From assembly GCA_963785305.1 (NCBI GenBank), contig CAWAUV010000002.1, positions 238,705 to 302,704 on the forward strand: a DNA stretch of 64,000 nucleotides, in the 5' to 3' direction. This document shows positions 12,018 to 22,726 of this stretch, in pieces (position 1 is the first letter of the stretch; each line of letters begins with the position of its first letter). The notes below the pieces were generated by a model. The model was given only the letters and a program-made list of their open reading frames with translations, ran no database searches and was not told where the DNA came from. The stretch is from an uncultured Planctomycetaceae bacterium. GTDB taxonomy: Bacteria > Planctomycetota > Planctomycetia > Pirellulales > PALSA-1355. A program made the translations under genes and the position numbers.

Positions 12018-12837
12018 ATGGGCTCGTTCTTCGTCCATTTGTTGCCGCGACATGTCGAAGAATCGGTCCTCGCCGACAGCGTGGCGGTGGTGGTCGATGT
12101 GCTGCGGGCCACGACCACCATGAGCCACGCGCTCGCCAATGGCGCCCGCGATGTGTGGCCATGTTTGGAAGTCGACGACGCGCTCGCCATTGCCGCGGCC
12201 CTGCCAAGCGAAACACGCCTACTGGGCGGCGAACGCGGCGGCGCCCGGATCGATGGATTCGATTTCGGCAATTCACCCGGCGATTACACCCCCGAGCGCG
12301 TCGCGGGGCGGACCGTGGTCTTCACCACCACGAACGGCACTCGGGCGCTCTTGCATTGCCGCTCGGCGGCGCGCGTCGCCCTGGGGGCGTTCGTGAATTT
12401 GCAGCGCGCTCTGCCGCGAGTTGGCGCCGATTGTCGGCCGGGAGGGAGGCGTCGTGCATATCGTGTGCGCCGGAACCGGCGGCGAAGTTTCTTATGAAGA
12501 CACCTTGTTTGCCGGCGCCCTGGCCGACCGACTCCTGCCGTTGGCGGTCGAGGCCAATGATTCGGCCCAACTGGCCGCGGCGGCTTGGCGGGGAAGTTTC
12601 GCGGATTCGGTCCGGTGGCAGACACCCGCCGATTTGCCGCCGGCGATCGTGGCGGCCGACCGGCAGTCGCTCGCGGCGCTCTTGCGCGAGGGACGCGGTG
12701 GACGGAACTGCCTTCGTCTCGGGCTCGACCTGGATATCGACCAGACCGCGGCGATCAACGCGCTTGATGTCGTTCCCGAATTCCTTGCTTCGACGGGTCG
12801 GGTTACCCTGCCCACGAGGCGGGCGGCCGGCCCTTGA
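12018..12837 (+). CDS. comB: 2-phosphosulfolactate phosphatase (frameshift near 12410)
   Basis: VVVDVLRATTT; GGERGG; GFDFGNSP; TTTNGT; IVCAG...ED. Confidence 0.9.
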
Positions 12838-13122
12838 GCAGGCGGTGGCGACCCTCGGGATTTTGGCGCCCTGATTTCCGTGGACCGCGCCGGCGGTTAA
12901 GATATTAGTGCTCTGCCACGGCTCAAAACGGGGGCGCCATTTCCACGCAAGCGTGGGCATGGCGCACGATCCCTGAATTATGCGTTGACACTGCACTAGG
13001 CTTGCTTCGCGAAGGTCGGGCCGATCTCGAGTTCGAGGATCGTCGCCAGGCTTGTGCGATTTGTCCCGTCGCGTTCACCACTCTTCTCTTCTTTGCCCAC
13101 GACCCGCGCGGAGGTTGATCGA

Positions 13123-14232
13123 ATGAAACGCATCGTTAGATGTTCGCTCGTGGCCGTGATGTTGTTCACGGCCTGGGACTTCTCGAGCCCGGCATTTGGG
13201 CAAAAGCGGATCGTGCGTGGTCGGGCGGGCATGGCCGCGCCGCCAAGCAAGGAATCGAGCGCTCCCGACGACACGGAAATGGAGCAGGCCGAGCCGGCCA
13301 GCGACCCGGTCGATCCGGACATCGTGCGGCTGCATTTGATGGACGGCTCGATGATCACCGGCAAGCTCTCGATCGCCGAGCTTCAAGTCGAGACTCCCTA
13401 CGGCACGCTCACCACGCCGGTGCGGCAACTCCGCAGCTTCACGCCGGGCCTGATCAATCACCCGGACCTCGGCAAGCAAATCCACGACCTGATCGAAGCG
13501 CTGGGATCGAATCAATTCGAGACGCGCGAAAAGGCGCAGCGCGCGCTGCTCAAGATCGGCAAGCCGCTGCGTGTCGAATTGGAAAAACGATTGCACGATC
13601 CGGACCACGAGCGGCGCACCCGCATCAAGGGCATTCTCGATGAATTCGACGAAGACACCGACGACGACTCCGAGGAATCCGCCGGCGCGACGCAAACGAT
13701 CATGGAGCGCGATCAGGTCGAGACCTCGGAATTCACGATCGTCGGCCGCATTCTCACGCCCACGTTGAGCATCACCAGCAACTATGGCCCGCTCACGGTC
13801 AAGATCAGCGATGTGCGTCGCGGCGAGCGAGACGCGCCACGGCGGTCTGAAATCCGCCGCACGATCGGCGTCGATGGCTCATGTATCGTGAGCAAACTGA
13901 TGAAAGACACGCGCATTCACCTCGAGCGCGGCGATCGGGTCACGATCACGGCCGAGGGTTCGATAATCATGGCGCCCTGGGGCAATGGCGCCACCTGTGG
14001 ACCCGATGGCGCCGGCAACTACGGCTGGTACATCCAGGGTCAGATTCCGAGCGGAGCGCTCGTGGGCGTGATCGGCCGTGGCGACAGTGTATTCAAGCTC
14101 GGCTCGAAAGCATCGTTTACCGCGGAGCGAAGCGGAGTCTTGCGGCTGGCCATCGCCATGCAAAGCGACTACGCCGAGCAGAATTTCCCCGGCCGCTATA
14201 CGGTGAAGATACGGGTCGAGCCACGACGGTAA
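13123..14232 (+). CDS. Secreted protein with a HEAT-like helical insert and a C-terminal LecA/PA-IL-like beta domain
   Basis: Signal-peptide-like N-terminus; LIEALGSNQFETREKAQRAL; GDRVTITAEG...GALVGVIG...SGVLRL...GRYTVKI; GGAGG RBS. Confidence 0.6.
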   Translation: MKRIVRCSLVAVMLFTAWDFSSPAFGQKRIVRGRAGMAAPPSKESSAPDDTEMEQAEPASDPVDPDIVRLHLMDGSMITGKLSIAELQVETPYGTLTTPVRQLRSFTPGLINHPDLGKQIHDLIEALGSNQFETREKAQRALLKIGKPLRVELEKRLHDPDHERRTRIKGILDEFDEDTDDDSEESAGATQTIMERDQVETSEFTIVGRILTPTLSITSNYGPLTVKISDVRRGERDAPRRSEIRRTIGVDGSCIVSKLMKDTRIHLERGDRVTITAEGSIIMAPWGNGATCGPDGAGNYGWYIQGQIPSGALVGVIGRGDSVFKLGSKASFTAERSGVLRLAIAMQSDYAEQNFPGRYTVKIRVEPRR

Positions 14233-14327
14233 TGTGCCAAAGATCGAGCGTCGCGGCTCGGCGCCGCTTGGCGGATCGTGGGTCGAACGCGGTCGGCATC
14301 CAATTTTTTTGGGAAGGTTGTTTTCAG

Positions 14328-15356
14328 ATGCGCTGCTGGCAAGGTTTAATTCTCGTTTCGCTCGCTTGGTTCGCTTCCGCCGCGATGTCGGCCTTGGCCG
14401 ATGAAACAGCCGACTCCGCTTTCGCCGCGAACAAGCGACTGGGCCGCGGCATCAATCTGGGCAACGCGCTCGATGCGCCTAGCGAAGGCGCCTGGGGCGT
14501 GACGCTCGAAGACGCTTATTTCCAGTGGATCGCAGAAGCCGGCTTCGACTCCGTGCGGCTGCCGGTCAATTGGGCCGCGCATGCCGATAAGGAGCCGCCT
14601 TACACGATCCACTCGACCTTCGCCGCCCGCGTCGATTGGGCGGTTGCCGAGGCCTTAAAGCACAAGCTGGCGGTCGTGGTGAATATCCATCACTATGCCG
14701 GCATGGACGACGCGCCCGACGAGAATATCGCTCGTTGCGAAGCGCTTTGGAAACAGATCGCCGAGCGCTATTCCAGCCGACCCGACGATGTGATCTTCGA
14801 GCTGCTCAACGAGCCCCACGGCAAGCTCACCGACGAGCGCTGGAACGCGATGATCCCCCGGCTGCTCGCGAACGTGCGGCCTTCGAATCCGCGTCGGGCC
14901 GTGGTCGTGGGCCCTAGCCAATGGAACAGCATCGATCATCTCGCGAAATTGGAGTTGCCCGAGAACGATCGGGCCCTGATCGCCACCGTGCATTATTATC
15001 TGCCGTTTCATTTCACCCATCAGAACGCGCCCTGGGTGCAAGGCAGTGAAAAATGGACCGATGTTTCTTGGACCGGCGATGCAAAACAGCGCAAGGCGCT
15101 TGCCGACGCCTTTGAGCAAGCCGGTCGCTGGGGCCGGGAACACCGTCGGCCGATCTATCTCGGCGAGTTCGGCGCCTACTCGAAGGCCCCGCTTGAGCAG
15201 CGCGTGCTTTGGACCCGGGCCGTGGTGGATGAAGCGGAAAAACAGGGCATGAGTTGGGCCTATTGGGAGTTCTGCTCGGGCTTCGGCGCTTTTGATCCTC
15301 AAGCCCGCAAATGGCGGCTGGAATTGCTTGACGAGCTCGTTGGGCCGCGGCGCTGA
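14328..15356 (+). CDS. Secreted glycoside hydrolase family 5 (endoglucanase-like)
   Basis: GINLGNALDAP; VNIHHY; ELLNEPH (acid/base); FTHQ; IYLGEFG (nucleophile); WAYWEF. Confidence 0.92.
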   Translation: MRCWQGLILVSLAWFASAAMSALADETADSAFAANKRLGRGINLGNALDAPSEGAWGVTLEDAYFQWIAEAGFDSVRLPVNWAAHADKEPPYTIHSTFAARVDWAVAEALKHKLAVVVNIHHYAGMDDAPDENIARCEALWKQIAERYSSRPDDVIFELLNEPHGKLTDERWNAMIPRLLANVRPSNPRRAVVVGPSQWNSIDHLAKLELPENDRALIATVHYYLPFHFTHQNAPWVQGSEKWTDVSWTGDAKQRKALADAFEQAGRWGREHRRPIYLGEFGAYSKAPLEQRVLWTRAVVDEAEKQGMSWAYWEFCSGFGAFDPQARKWRLELLDELVGPRR

Positions 15357-15598
15357 ACAATCCGGCGCCGAATAGTCGCTTGTCGACGCTCGGGCCGCTA
15401 ATGTCACCCGACTCCGTCGCTCATGAGCTGATCGTTTGGCCGCTTGCCTCCACGATCCGTGGGCCGTACGATGCGTGCGGTCGCGAGATCACGCGTTGCC
15501 ATGTCAACGAGCGCGGTTTGCCCGGCGCCGGGTCGTGTCCGTCGCCGGATCGTGGAGCCCGCGACATTCGCCCACTTGTTTGAAAGGATTGCCCAATC

Positions 15599-16633
15599 AT
15601 GGCGGCCGAATCCAAACATCAGATGTGCGCGGTTCAAGTCCCATCGCCCGGCGGCCCGCTCGAGCTCGTGCATCGCCCCATTCCCCAAGCAGGCCGCGGA
15701 CAGGCTTTGCTCAAGGTCGAGGCCTGCGGCATTTGCCATAGCGATTCGCTCACCAAGGAAGGACACATGCCCGGCATTGCATATCCGCGCGTGCCCGGTC
15801 ATGAAGTGGTCGGCGTGATCGCGTCGCTGGGCGAAGGCGTGCGACGGTGGAAGGTCGGCCAGCGCGTGGGCGTGGGTTGGCATGGCGGACATTGCGGATA
15901 CTGCGAGCGCTGCCGGCGCGGCGATATGGTGCTTTGCCAAGAGAATATCGTGCCCGGCATCGCGTTTGACGGCGGCTATGCCGATTACATGGTGGTCTCG
16001 GCCGAAGCGCTCGCCAGCGTGCCCGACGATCTCTCGAGCGTCGAGGCGGCGCCGCTGCTTTGCGCGGGTATCACGACTTTCAATGCCATTCGCCAGAGCG
16101 ACGCGCGGGCGGGCGACCTGGTGGCGGTGCTCGGTATTGGTGGTCTCGGGCACTTGGGAGTGCAGTTCGCCGCCAAAATGGGATTTCGCGTCGTGGCGAT
16201 CGCGCGGGGCCAAGACAAGGCCGCGTTCGCCCATGAACTTGGCGCCACGCATTACATCGACAGCCAAGCCGAAGATGTCGCCAAGGCGCTCCAGTCCCTC
16301 GGCGGCGCCAAGCTGATTCTCGCGACCGTCACGAGCAGCGAAGCCATGAGCGCCGCCGTGGGCGGGCTGGGTTACAAGGGCACGATGGTCGTCGTGGGCG
16401 TGTCGCCCGAACCGATCCAGGTCTCGCCGATGTCGCTCATCATGGGCCGCCGCGCCGTGACCGGCTCGGCCAGCGGCGTGGCGATCGAGTCCGAAGACAC
16501 GTTTAACTTCAGCCTGCTGAGCGGGGTGCGGCCGCTCGTCGAACGCTATCCGCTGGAGCGAGCCGCCGAAGCCTACGATCGCATGATGAGCGGTAAAGCC
16601 CGCTTCCGCGTGGTGCTTGAAATGGGCCAGTAG
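15599..16633 (+). CDS. Zn-dependent alcohol dehydrogenase (MDR family)
   Basis: CGICHSD; GHEVVG; CGYCERC..C; LLCAGITT; GIGGLG. Confidence 0.95.
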   Translation: MAAESKHQMCAVQVPSPGGPLELVHRPIPQAGRGQALLKVEACGICHSDSLTKEGHMPGIAYPRVPGHEVVGVIASLGEGVRRWKVGQRVGVGWHGGHCGYCERCRRGDMVLCQENIVPGIAFDGGYADYMVVSAEALASVPDDLSSVEAAPLLCAGITTFNAIRQSDARAGDLVAVLGIGGLGHLGVQFAAKMGFRVVAIARGQDKAAFAHELGATHYIDSQAEDVAKALQSLGGAKLILATVTSSEAMSAAVGGLGYKGTMVVVGVSPEPIQVSPMSLIMGRRAVTGSASGVAIESEDTFNFSLLSGVRPLVERYPLERAAEAYDRMMSGKARFRVVLEMGQ

Positions 16634-16895
16634 ACGCCGCGGCGGTAGCCTCCGTGACTTGCGTCATTGCGGCTCGCTGCTCGGAAACCCCATGCGCGGT
16701 CCTGCCGATAAGCATCTCGGTCGGCCTGTCGGGTTGCCCCTCGACGCGCTCCAGGATTTCGCTTCGGGCTACTGGCACTTCGCGCGGGGCTTCGATTCCC
16801 AGCCGCACTACTCCGCTGCGCGTGGCAAGCACGGTGATCGTGATATTGCCGTTGATGACGAGGGCTTCGCCCTGCTTGCGCGAAAGAATGAGCAT
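16509..16895 (-). CDS. csrA: Carbon storage regulator CsrA; core is ~16740-16895 and the true stop is uncertain because the ORF overlaps adh
   Basis: MLILSRKQGEALVINGNITITVL...VRLGIEAPREVPVARSEI. Confidence 0.85.
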   Translation of the reverse strand: MLILSRKQGEALVINGNITITVLATRSGVVRLGIEAPREVPVARSEILERVEGQPDRPTEMLIGRTAHGVSEQRAAMTQVTEATAAASTGPFQAPRGSGLYRSSCDRRLRRLAPADSVRRAAAPRSAG

Positions 16896-16983
16896 GGTTC
16901 TTGGTCCTCCCTGACTGGTTCGTCGCTTCGAAAAACCGCCGCCGCTGGACTGCCGTGTGTTCGTCTCCCTCACGACGCCGGGA

Positions 16984-17012
16984 ATTCTACCGCGATACTA
17001 TACACCTGTCAA
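16984..17012 (-). promoter_or_regulatory. Sigma70-type promoter of csrA
   Basis: Minus strand TTGACA (17012-17007), 17-nt spacer, TAGAAT (16989-16984), ~90 nt upstream of the csrA ATG. Confidence 0.8.
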
Positions 17013-17298
17013 CCTAGTCCCAAAGCGATTTTTTTCGCCCGCCTTTGTGACCCGGACGCGTTCCCGCGCATATCTCCCGATTCCGCCATGACCGCGCGTG
17101 AATTTCCGACAAAACCCCTCGAAACCCCCGGGACATTGGACAATCGCGCGGATTCGACGAGAGCCGCGAGAGAGCTGGTAACGACGGGCGGCTCCCAGCG
17201 ACAATCCGAGGCGAGGCTTTTGGAATTCAACCGTGCGCGTCGAACACGCGGCGGCGGAGCGAGGGGTTCGGCGCGGGAACGGGGCCGACTCGCCCCGC

Positions 17299-20200
17299 TT
17301 ATTTCTTCTTCATCAAGGGGTCTTTGATCACCGGCGCGTTGGCCGGCGCCGGCATGCTCAAATCGATAAAGCGGGCATCGTCGACCTCCGCCCGATTCGC
17401 CGTGCGCCAGTACATGATCTTGCGCGGTGGCTTTGGTCGGCGGGGCGCCCGGCTTCGCTTGGCGATACAGCTCCGCGTCGGCGCGACCGCTTCCTTCGAA
17501 CACCAACAAGTCTTTCGCTTGGGCATAGGTCAAGCGATGCGCGCGGGCCGTGAAACTCTGCCCTTCGACAAGCGTGTTGCCGATCGCTTCCATTTCCATC
17601 GTGCCGCGCTCGTCGCGATTGGCCGCCGGCGCTTCGCGCACCGTGAGCTGGTCGCAGTGCATGTCGGCGCCGGTGGGTCCCCAGGTCGCCGAGTTGTCGG
17701 GATCGATCGTGTCTTGCCAGTCGTCGACCGGCGCGAACGTGGCCCGCACTCGATCGGCGAAGGTCAACTCACGACGATTGATGTTGCCGGTCAGATCTCG
17801 CTCGAAGGTGACATGCAGATACGACAGCCGGCCACCGTCCTCGTCGGAGCCCTCGACCGCGAGCTCGCCCACTTGCCCGCGCGAACTGCCCGTCGCGGGC
17901 GCTTCGCTCGGATCGCGCTGTCTGCTCGCCCCGGTGGGTCGAATCTGACCGGCCGCTCGACCGGCGGGCGGTTTGCCGGGTGGTTTCGTGGCGGCGGAAG
18001 CGCCACGGCGGCACCGAGTTGAGCCAGCCGGGTCCCAGTCCGTGAATCGCGCCGCTGGTTTGATTGACCACCAGCGTGCGAAGCTCCATGTGATCGATCG
18101 ACTCGAGTCCTTTCTCGTCGAACGCGCGCGATTCGAGTCGCACATCGCCTTGGCAATCGACGATATCCAGTTCGTTGGCCCCGCCCGACGATTCGCCGGC
18201 ATTGGCCGCGGGCGGCGGCGCGCTGAAGTCGACTCGGCGTTTGAGCGTGACTTGCAACAACTGGGTGCGCAGGTTTTGATGTTCGGCCCGGGCCATGACC
18301 GATCGCTCGAACACGGCGAGCAGCCCATCGAAACGCATCGCACCCTGCCAGGTGATTTCGAGTGGTTGCTGGGGAGCGCCGCGCGGCTTGCGCGCGGGGG
18401 GCCTCGCGCGGCGGTTTCGCCGTCCCGCCCGCTTGCCCGCGGGGCGCCGCCAGTTGGCCTTGCATGGGCAGCGTCATGCGGCCGGCGCCATCGACCCACA
18501 AACGGTTGGCGCCCCGCTCCATTTGAATAATCGCGCCGCTGAGGGTCATGCCCCGGGCTTCGACATAACCCGGCTTTCCGCTCACGACCACATGCGCGTT
18601 TGGCGTGTCGGCAGCCGAGATATGCAAGTTGTTTCCACGCACCAAAAGCGGCTTATCGCCGGGCGCCGCGGTCTTGGTTTCCAAGAAGCGGGCATTTTCA
18701 TCGACATCGACTTCCGACACCGCCATCGCCGGACCGTTGGCCGCTACCTTCATGCGCAGCGCGCCGCCCGATACATCGAACCTCTGCCCGGGAGCGCCAG
18801 GTTGCGCGGCCTGTTTGGGTGGCGGCGGAGGCGCTGCCGCCACGGGGGGAGCCGGAGCGGGCGCGGCGCCGGGCGCTGCCGCCGGAGCCGGGGCCGCCGC
18901 GGCCGGACGATTGATCCACACTTCCAGTTTGCTCGTGTCGCCGGTCAATTGCGGCGAATCGATTCGCACTCGCCGGCGCGCCATCAACCGTTCGACCTGT
19001 ATGCCGGACGCCGCGCCTTCGGTCCCCGGTGGTCCGCCTTTCGGCGGAGCGGGGGGCGCGGCGCCGGGCGGCGGCTGTGCTTCGGAAACCCAAATGAAAA
19101 TCTCCTCGGCCGAGAGCGAGCCGGTGTCGGTCATGCGCATTTGCGCGTCGCCTAGCAAACTCACGAGGCTCAACGGTCCCTCGGGCTGCATCGTGAGCCG
19201 ATTCGACCAACGAGCCTGATATTTGTGAATCGGGTCGCCTTCTGGAAAGCCTTGCAACGTGCCGGGCCCGATCGCCGTGAGGCGACCAAGCCGGCCGACC
19301 TTGGGGGGCTGATAATCGAGACGCTTGCAGCGAATCTCGTTGGGTCCCTGATTCAAAAGCACTTCCTTGGCGTCTTCCAAATGAATCGTTCCGGTCGGCA
19401 AGTCGTATTCCAACCGCTGGCAACGGGCATGGCCGCCATTCGAGGGCGAATACACGATCACCGGCTCGCCGCGGGCCTCGATCAGCCGCGGCTCGAGCTT
19501 CGAGAGTTGATTGGCGTCGGCCGTTTCGCGCGGTTTGTCGGCGCGTTGTTTCGTTGGCGGGGGCTCGATCGGTTCGCCTGGCTTGGGCGGCGGTTGCCGT
19601 TCCACGAAATAGATCGCCAGCATTTCGCAGCGCATCGAGTCGCTCGGGCCCACGGGATCGAGCTTCAGCACATTGACCTGCTCGGTGAATGTGGCCACGT
19701 TGTGCACGACATCGAAACGAAACGGTCCCTGGCAAGTGACTTCCACCGGCGGATCGTTTTTGGGTGGATTGTTTTTCGTCGCGCCGCCTTTGGCCGTGTC
19801 GTTCTTTCGCGGCGGCTTGGCGCTAGCGACCGCGCTCGGCGCGTTGGCGGAGGATGGTTTGGCGGCGCCGGGCATCAGGCCCTTGTCGCCGAGTTGCATT
19901 CGCATCTTCACATCGCGCAGCAAGGTGAAATTGCGCATGCCATCGAAAGCCACCGCTTGGTTGTCGTTGGCGGCGGCGCCTTCTTTCCGGCCGAGCAAGA
20001 TCACCATGTCGCGGCCGGTTCCGACATTGGGACCGAAGCGAAAGTCGACCACGTTCGGCGTCACGATCTTGTCGCCGACCAGCTTCACGTCGCGCGTGCG
20101 AATATCGAGCTCGTCGGCGGCGCCGGGCGCGGGTGGGGCATTGTGAATATGAATCGGCCCCGTGAGATCGCCGCCGATCAGCTTGCCAAGCTTGGCCCGT

Positions 20201-20639
20201 TTCAGGTCGAAACGCTCGTCGAACTGCAACACCGCGCCTTGCGGCGCTTCGAGCACCACGGCGCGACCTTCGTTGCCGGGCGGGGCCGCGGCGCCGCCGG
20301 GCGGCCTATCGCGCGGCAGAAAGAGCATCGTGAATGGATGTAGTTCCATGCGGCCATCGGGCAGATTCTTGTACTCGCGCACGAAGATGGTCGCATCCTC
20401 GCTTTCGAGCACCTTGGCCTGTTCGAGTTCCCATGCGCCCTGGGGAAATAGCGGCCGAACTGCTTGGCGCGGTTTTGATTGCCGCGAGCGCGGCGATCGG
20501 CTTGCGGCTGACCCTCGAACCGGGTTTCCGCCCGGGGCTCGACCAGCGGCACGACCGTGAACGAGTACACGCCATAGGCGCCGACGACAGCGCAGAAGCT
20601 GATTGCGGCGCGTCCGAGTTGACGAAGTTCGAGCGGCAT
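17299..20639 (-). CDS. ~1,110-aa membrane-anchored protein with repeated LptC/LptA (OstA) beta-jellyroll-like segments (shifts near 20442, 18390, 18010, 17422)
   Basis: N-terminal TM (AAISFCAVVGAYGVYSFTVVPLV); OstA-like segments IEARGEPV..ARCQRLEYD and EAIGNTLVEG..ARAHRLTY..LLVFEG; starts 1 nt after the kdsC stop. Confidence 0.65.
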
Positions 20640-20640
20640 G

Positions 20641-21162
20641 TCACGTCAGATATTGCTGAATCAAATCCTCCCAACGGCCCTGCGCCTTGAGAATCATTTC
20701 GATCGTCTCGCGCACCGCGCCTTCGCCGCCGCGCGCCTTGGTGATGAACCGCGCCGCGGCTCGCACCTCGGCCGAAGCGTCGGCCACCGCGACCCCCAGC
20801 CCCAGAGCGCGCACCGCGGGCAGATCGGGCAGGTCGTCGCCGATATAGCAGGTTTGCTCCGGGCTATACCCCAGTTCGCGCAGCACCTCGATCGCCGCCG
20901 GCAGCTTCTCTTCGGCTGTTTGCCGCACAATGTCGATGCCAAGCTCGGCGGCCCGCGTTTTAACGATGTGCGAACCGCGGCCGGTGATGAGGCCGAACTT
21001 GTATCCGGCGCGTTGCCAGAGTTTGACGCCCAGCCCGTCGCGGACATGAAACTGCTTGCTTTCGATGCCCTGATTGTCGAAATAAATGCCGCCGCTCGTC
21101 ATCACGCCGTCGACATCGGACAAGACGAGCTCGATCGTTTGGCATTGTTGCTCGAGTTTCAT
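20641..21162 (-). CDS. kdsC: KDO 8-phosphate phosphatase
   Basis: SDVDGVMT; FHVRDGLG; ITGR; YIGDDLPD; GGEGAVRE. Confidence 0.95.
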   Translation of the reverse strand: MKLEQQCQTIELVLSDVDGVMTSGGIYFDNQGIESKQFHVRDGLGVKLWQRAGYKFGLITGRGSHIVKTRAAELGIDIVRQTAEEKLPAAIEVLRELGYSPEQTCYIGDDLPDLPAVRALGLGVAVADASAEVRAAARFITKARGGEGAVRETIEMILKAQGRWEDLIQQYLT

Positions 21163-22370
21163 GCGCCATCTCGCTTCGCGGAGCCGCGAAAACGGGGATG
21201 CTTGGGCCTCGGCGGCCGCGATTCAGCACCACCGGCCGATTCACTTCCCGACGCAACGGACGGCGCATCGAGCGCCGCGCCCAGGCCGGCTTCGGGAAAC
21301 AGGCTCACGACATCCGTGATATCGATCATGCCCACGGGCCGCCCGTCGGCGTCGACGACCGGCAATTCGCTGATCTTGCGTTCGGCCAGAATCGCCACCG
21401 CGTCGACCATCATCGAGCCTTGCGGCGCGGTGAGCGGGTGGCAAGTCATCACCGCGTGAATCGGGCCGTCGAGCGCGGCGTCGCGCCGGCTCTCGAAGAG
21501 TCGCACCAAGTCGCTATCGGTGAAAATGCCCGCGAGCAAGCCCGCGCCGTCGGTCAGCATAATCGCGCCGGCGCGTCGTCCGGAAGGGCGTCGGCGGGCA
21601 AAGATTTCGCGCACCGTGAGGTCGCGCGAGGCCACGCGGCATTCTTCGATCGGCCGCATGAAATCGTCGACTTTACTGAGCTGGCGCCCAAGCGCGCCGG
21701 CCGGATGAAAACGCGCGAAATCTTCCTTGCGAAAATCGCGCATCCGGCTGGTGACGAGCGCAAGCGCGTCGCCCAGGGCGAGCATCGCCGTGGTGCTCGT
21801 GCTGGGCGCGAGGCCCAGCGAGCAGGCTTCTTGCAATGGGCCCAGGTCGAGCACCACATGGGCCGCGCGGCCCAGGGCGCTCTTCGGCCGACCCGTGATC
21901 GCGATGACCCGGGTTCCAAAACTGGCCAGCGACGGCAAGAGTCGCACGACTTCTTCCGTCTCGCCGCTTTGCGAGAGAATCAGGAGCACATCGTGTTGAT
22001 GGATGCGTCCCAGATCGCCATGAACCGCCTCGCCCGGATGGAGGAAATGGCTGCGCGTGCCGGTCGAAGCCAATGTGGCGGCGAGCTTTTGGCCGATGAG
22101 TCCGGCCTTGCCCATGCCGGAAACGATCACGCTGCCCGCGCAGCCAAACACGATCTCAACCGCGCGGCAAAAGTTCGCGTCGAGCCGCCGGCCCAACGCA
22201 AGGAGCGCTTGGGCTTCGATGTCGATAATCTCGCGCGCGTAAAGCAGTTGCTCCGATTCGGAATACGGGGCGAGAGCCGGCGCGGCCTTGATCAACGCCT
22301 GGGGGCCGATGATCGGCGCTTGATCGGCGGCGCCGGGGACCACCGACTCGATATTCGTGGGCAAGCTCAT
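21159..22370 (-). CDS. kdsD: Arabinose-5-phosphate isomerase (SIS + CBS)
   Basis: SGMGKAG; STGT; HPGEAVHGDLG; SQSGET; APSTST; FHPAGALG; GIFTDSD; overlaps the kdsC start (ATGA). Confidence 0.95.
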   Translation of the reverse strand: MSLPTNIESVVPGAADQAPIIGPQALIKAAPALAPYSESEQLLYAREIIDIEAQALLALGRRLDANFCRAVEIVFGCAGSVIVSGMGKAGLIGQKLAATLASTGTRSHFLHPGEAVHGDLGRIHQHDVLLILSQSGETEEVVRLLPSLASFGTRVIAITGRPKSALGRAAHVVLDLGPLQEACSLGLAPSTSTTAMLALGDALALVTSRMRDFRKEDFARFHPAGALGRQLSKVDDFMRPIEECRVASRDLTVREIFARRRPSGRRAGAIMLTDGAGLLAGIFTDSDLVRLFESRRDAALDGPIHAVMTCHPLTAPQGSMMVDAVAILAERKISELPVVDADGRPVGMIDITDVVSLFPEAGLGAALDAPSVASGSESAGGAESRPPRPKHPRFRGSAKRDGA

Positions 22371-22726
22371 AAGGTCATCCTTGACCAGCCACAATGGCTT
22401 TGGCGGAGGGATTCGCGATACGAAATACGCGATTGACCCCGATTTTAGCCGGCCTGCGTGGAACCAACAACGCCATGATTGCGAGACCACGCGCAACACG
22501 GCGCCGAGACGAGTCCCTTGATGCCCTTCGCGATGGGCCGCCATCTGCTTCGCCAGCATTGCTGGCGCCAAGCTCCCCGCGAAATAATTTGCGCAATCGC
22601 AAACATCGACTGGCCGATCTTGTACCCGACGATCGATCCTCTTTACAATCCGGCGGCTTTCCGCTGCTCGCCGCGCAACCTTCATCGCGCGGCGCATCGC
22701 TACTCGCGTCTAAAAGGCAAACGGCC

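Noticed and set aside
16509..16633. 125-bp convergent overlap of csrA with adh
   Set aside because: The csrA tail is low-information sequence, and an indel probably hides the real stop.
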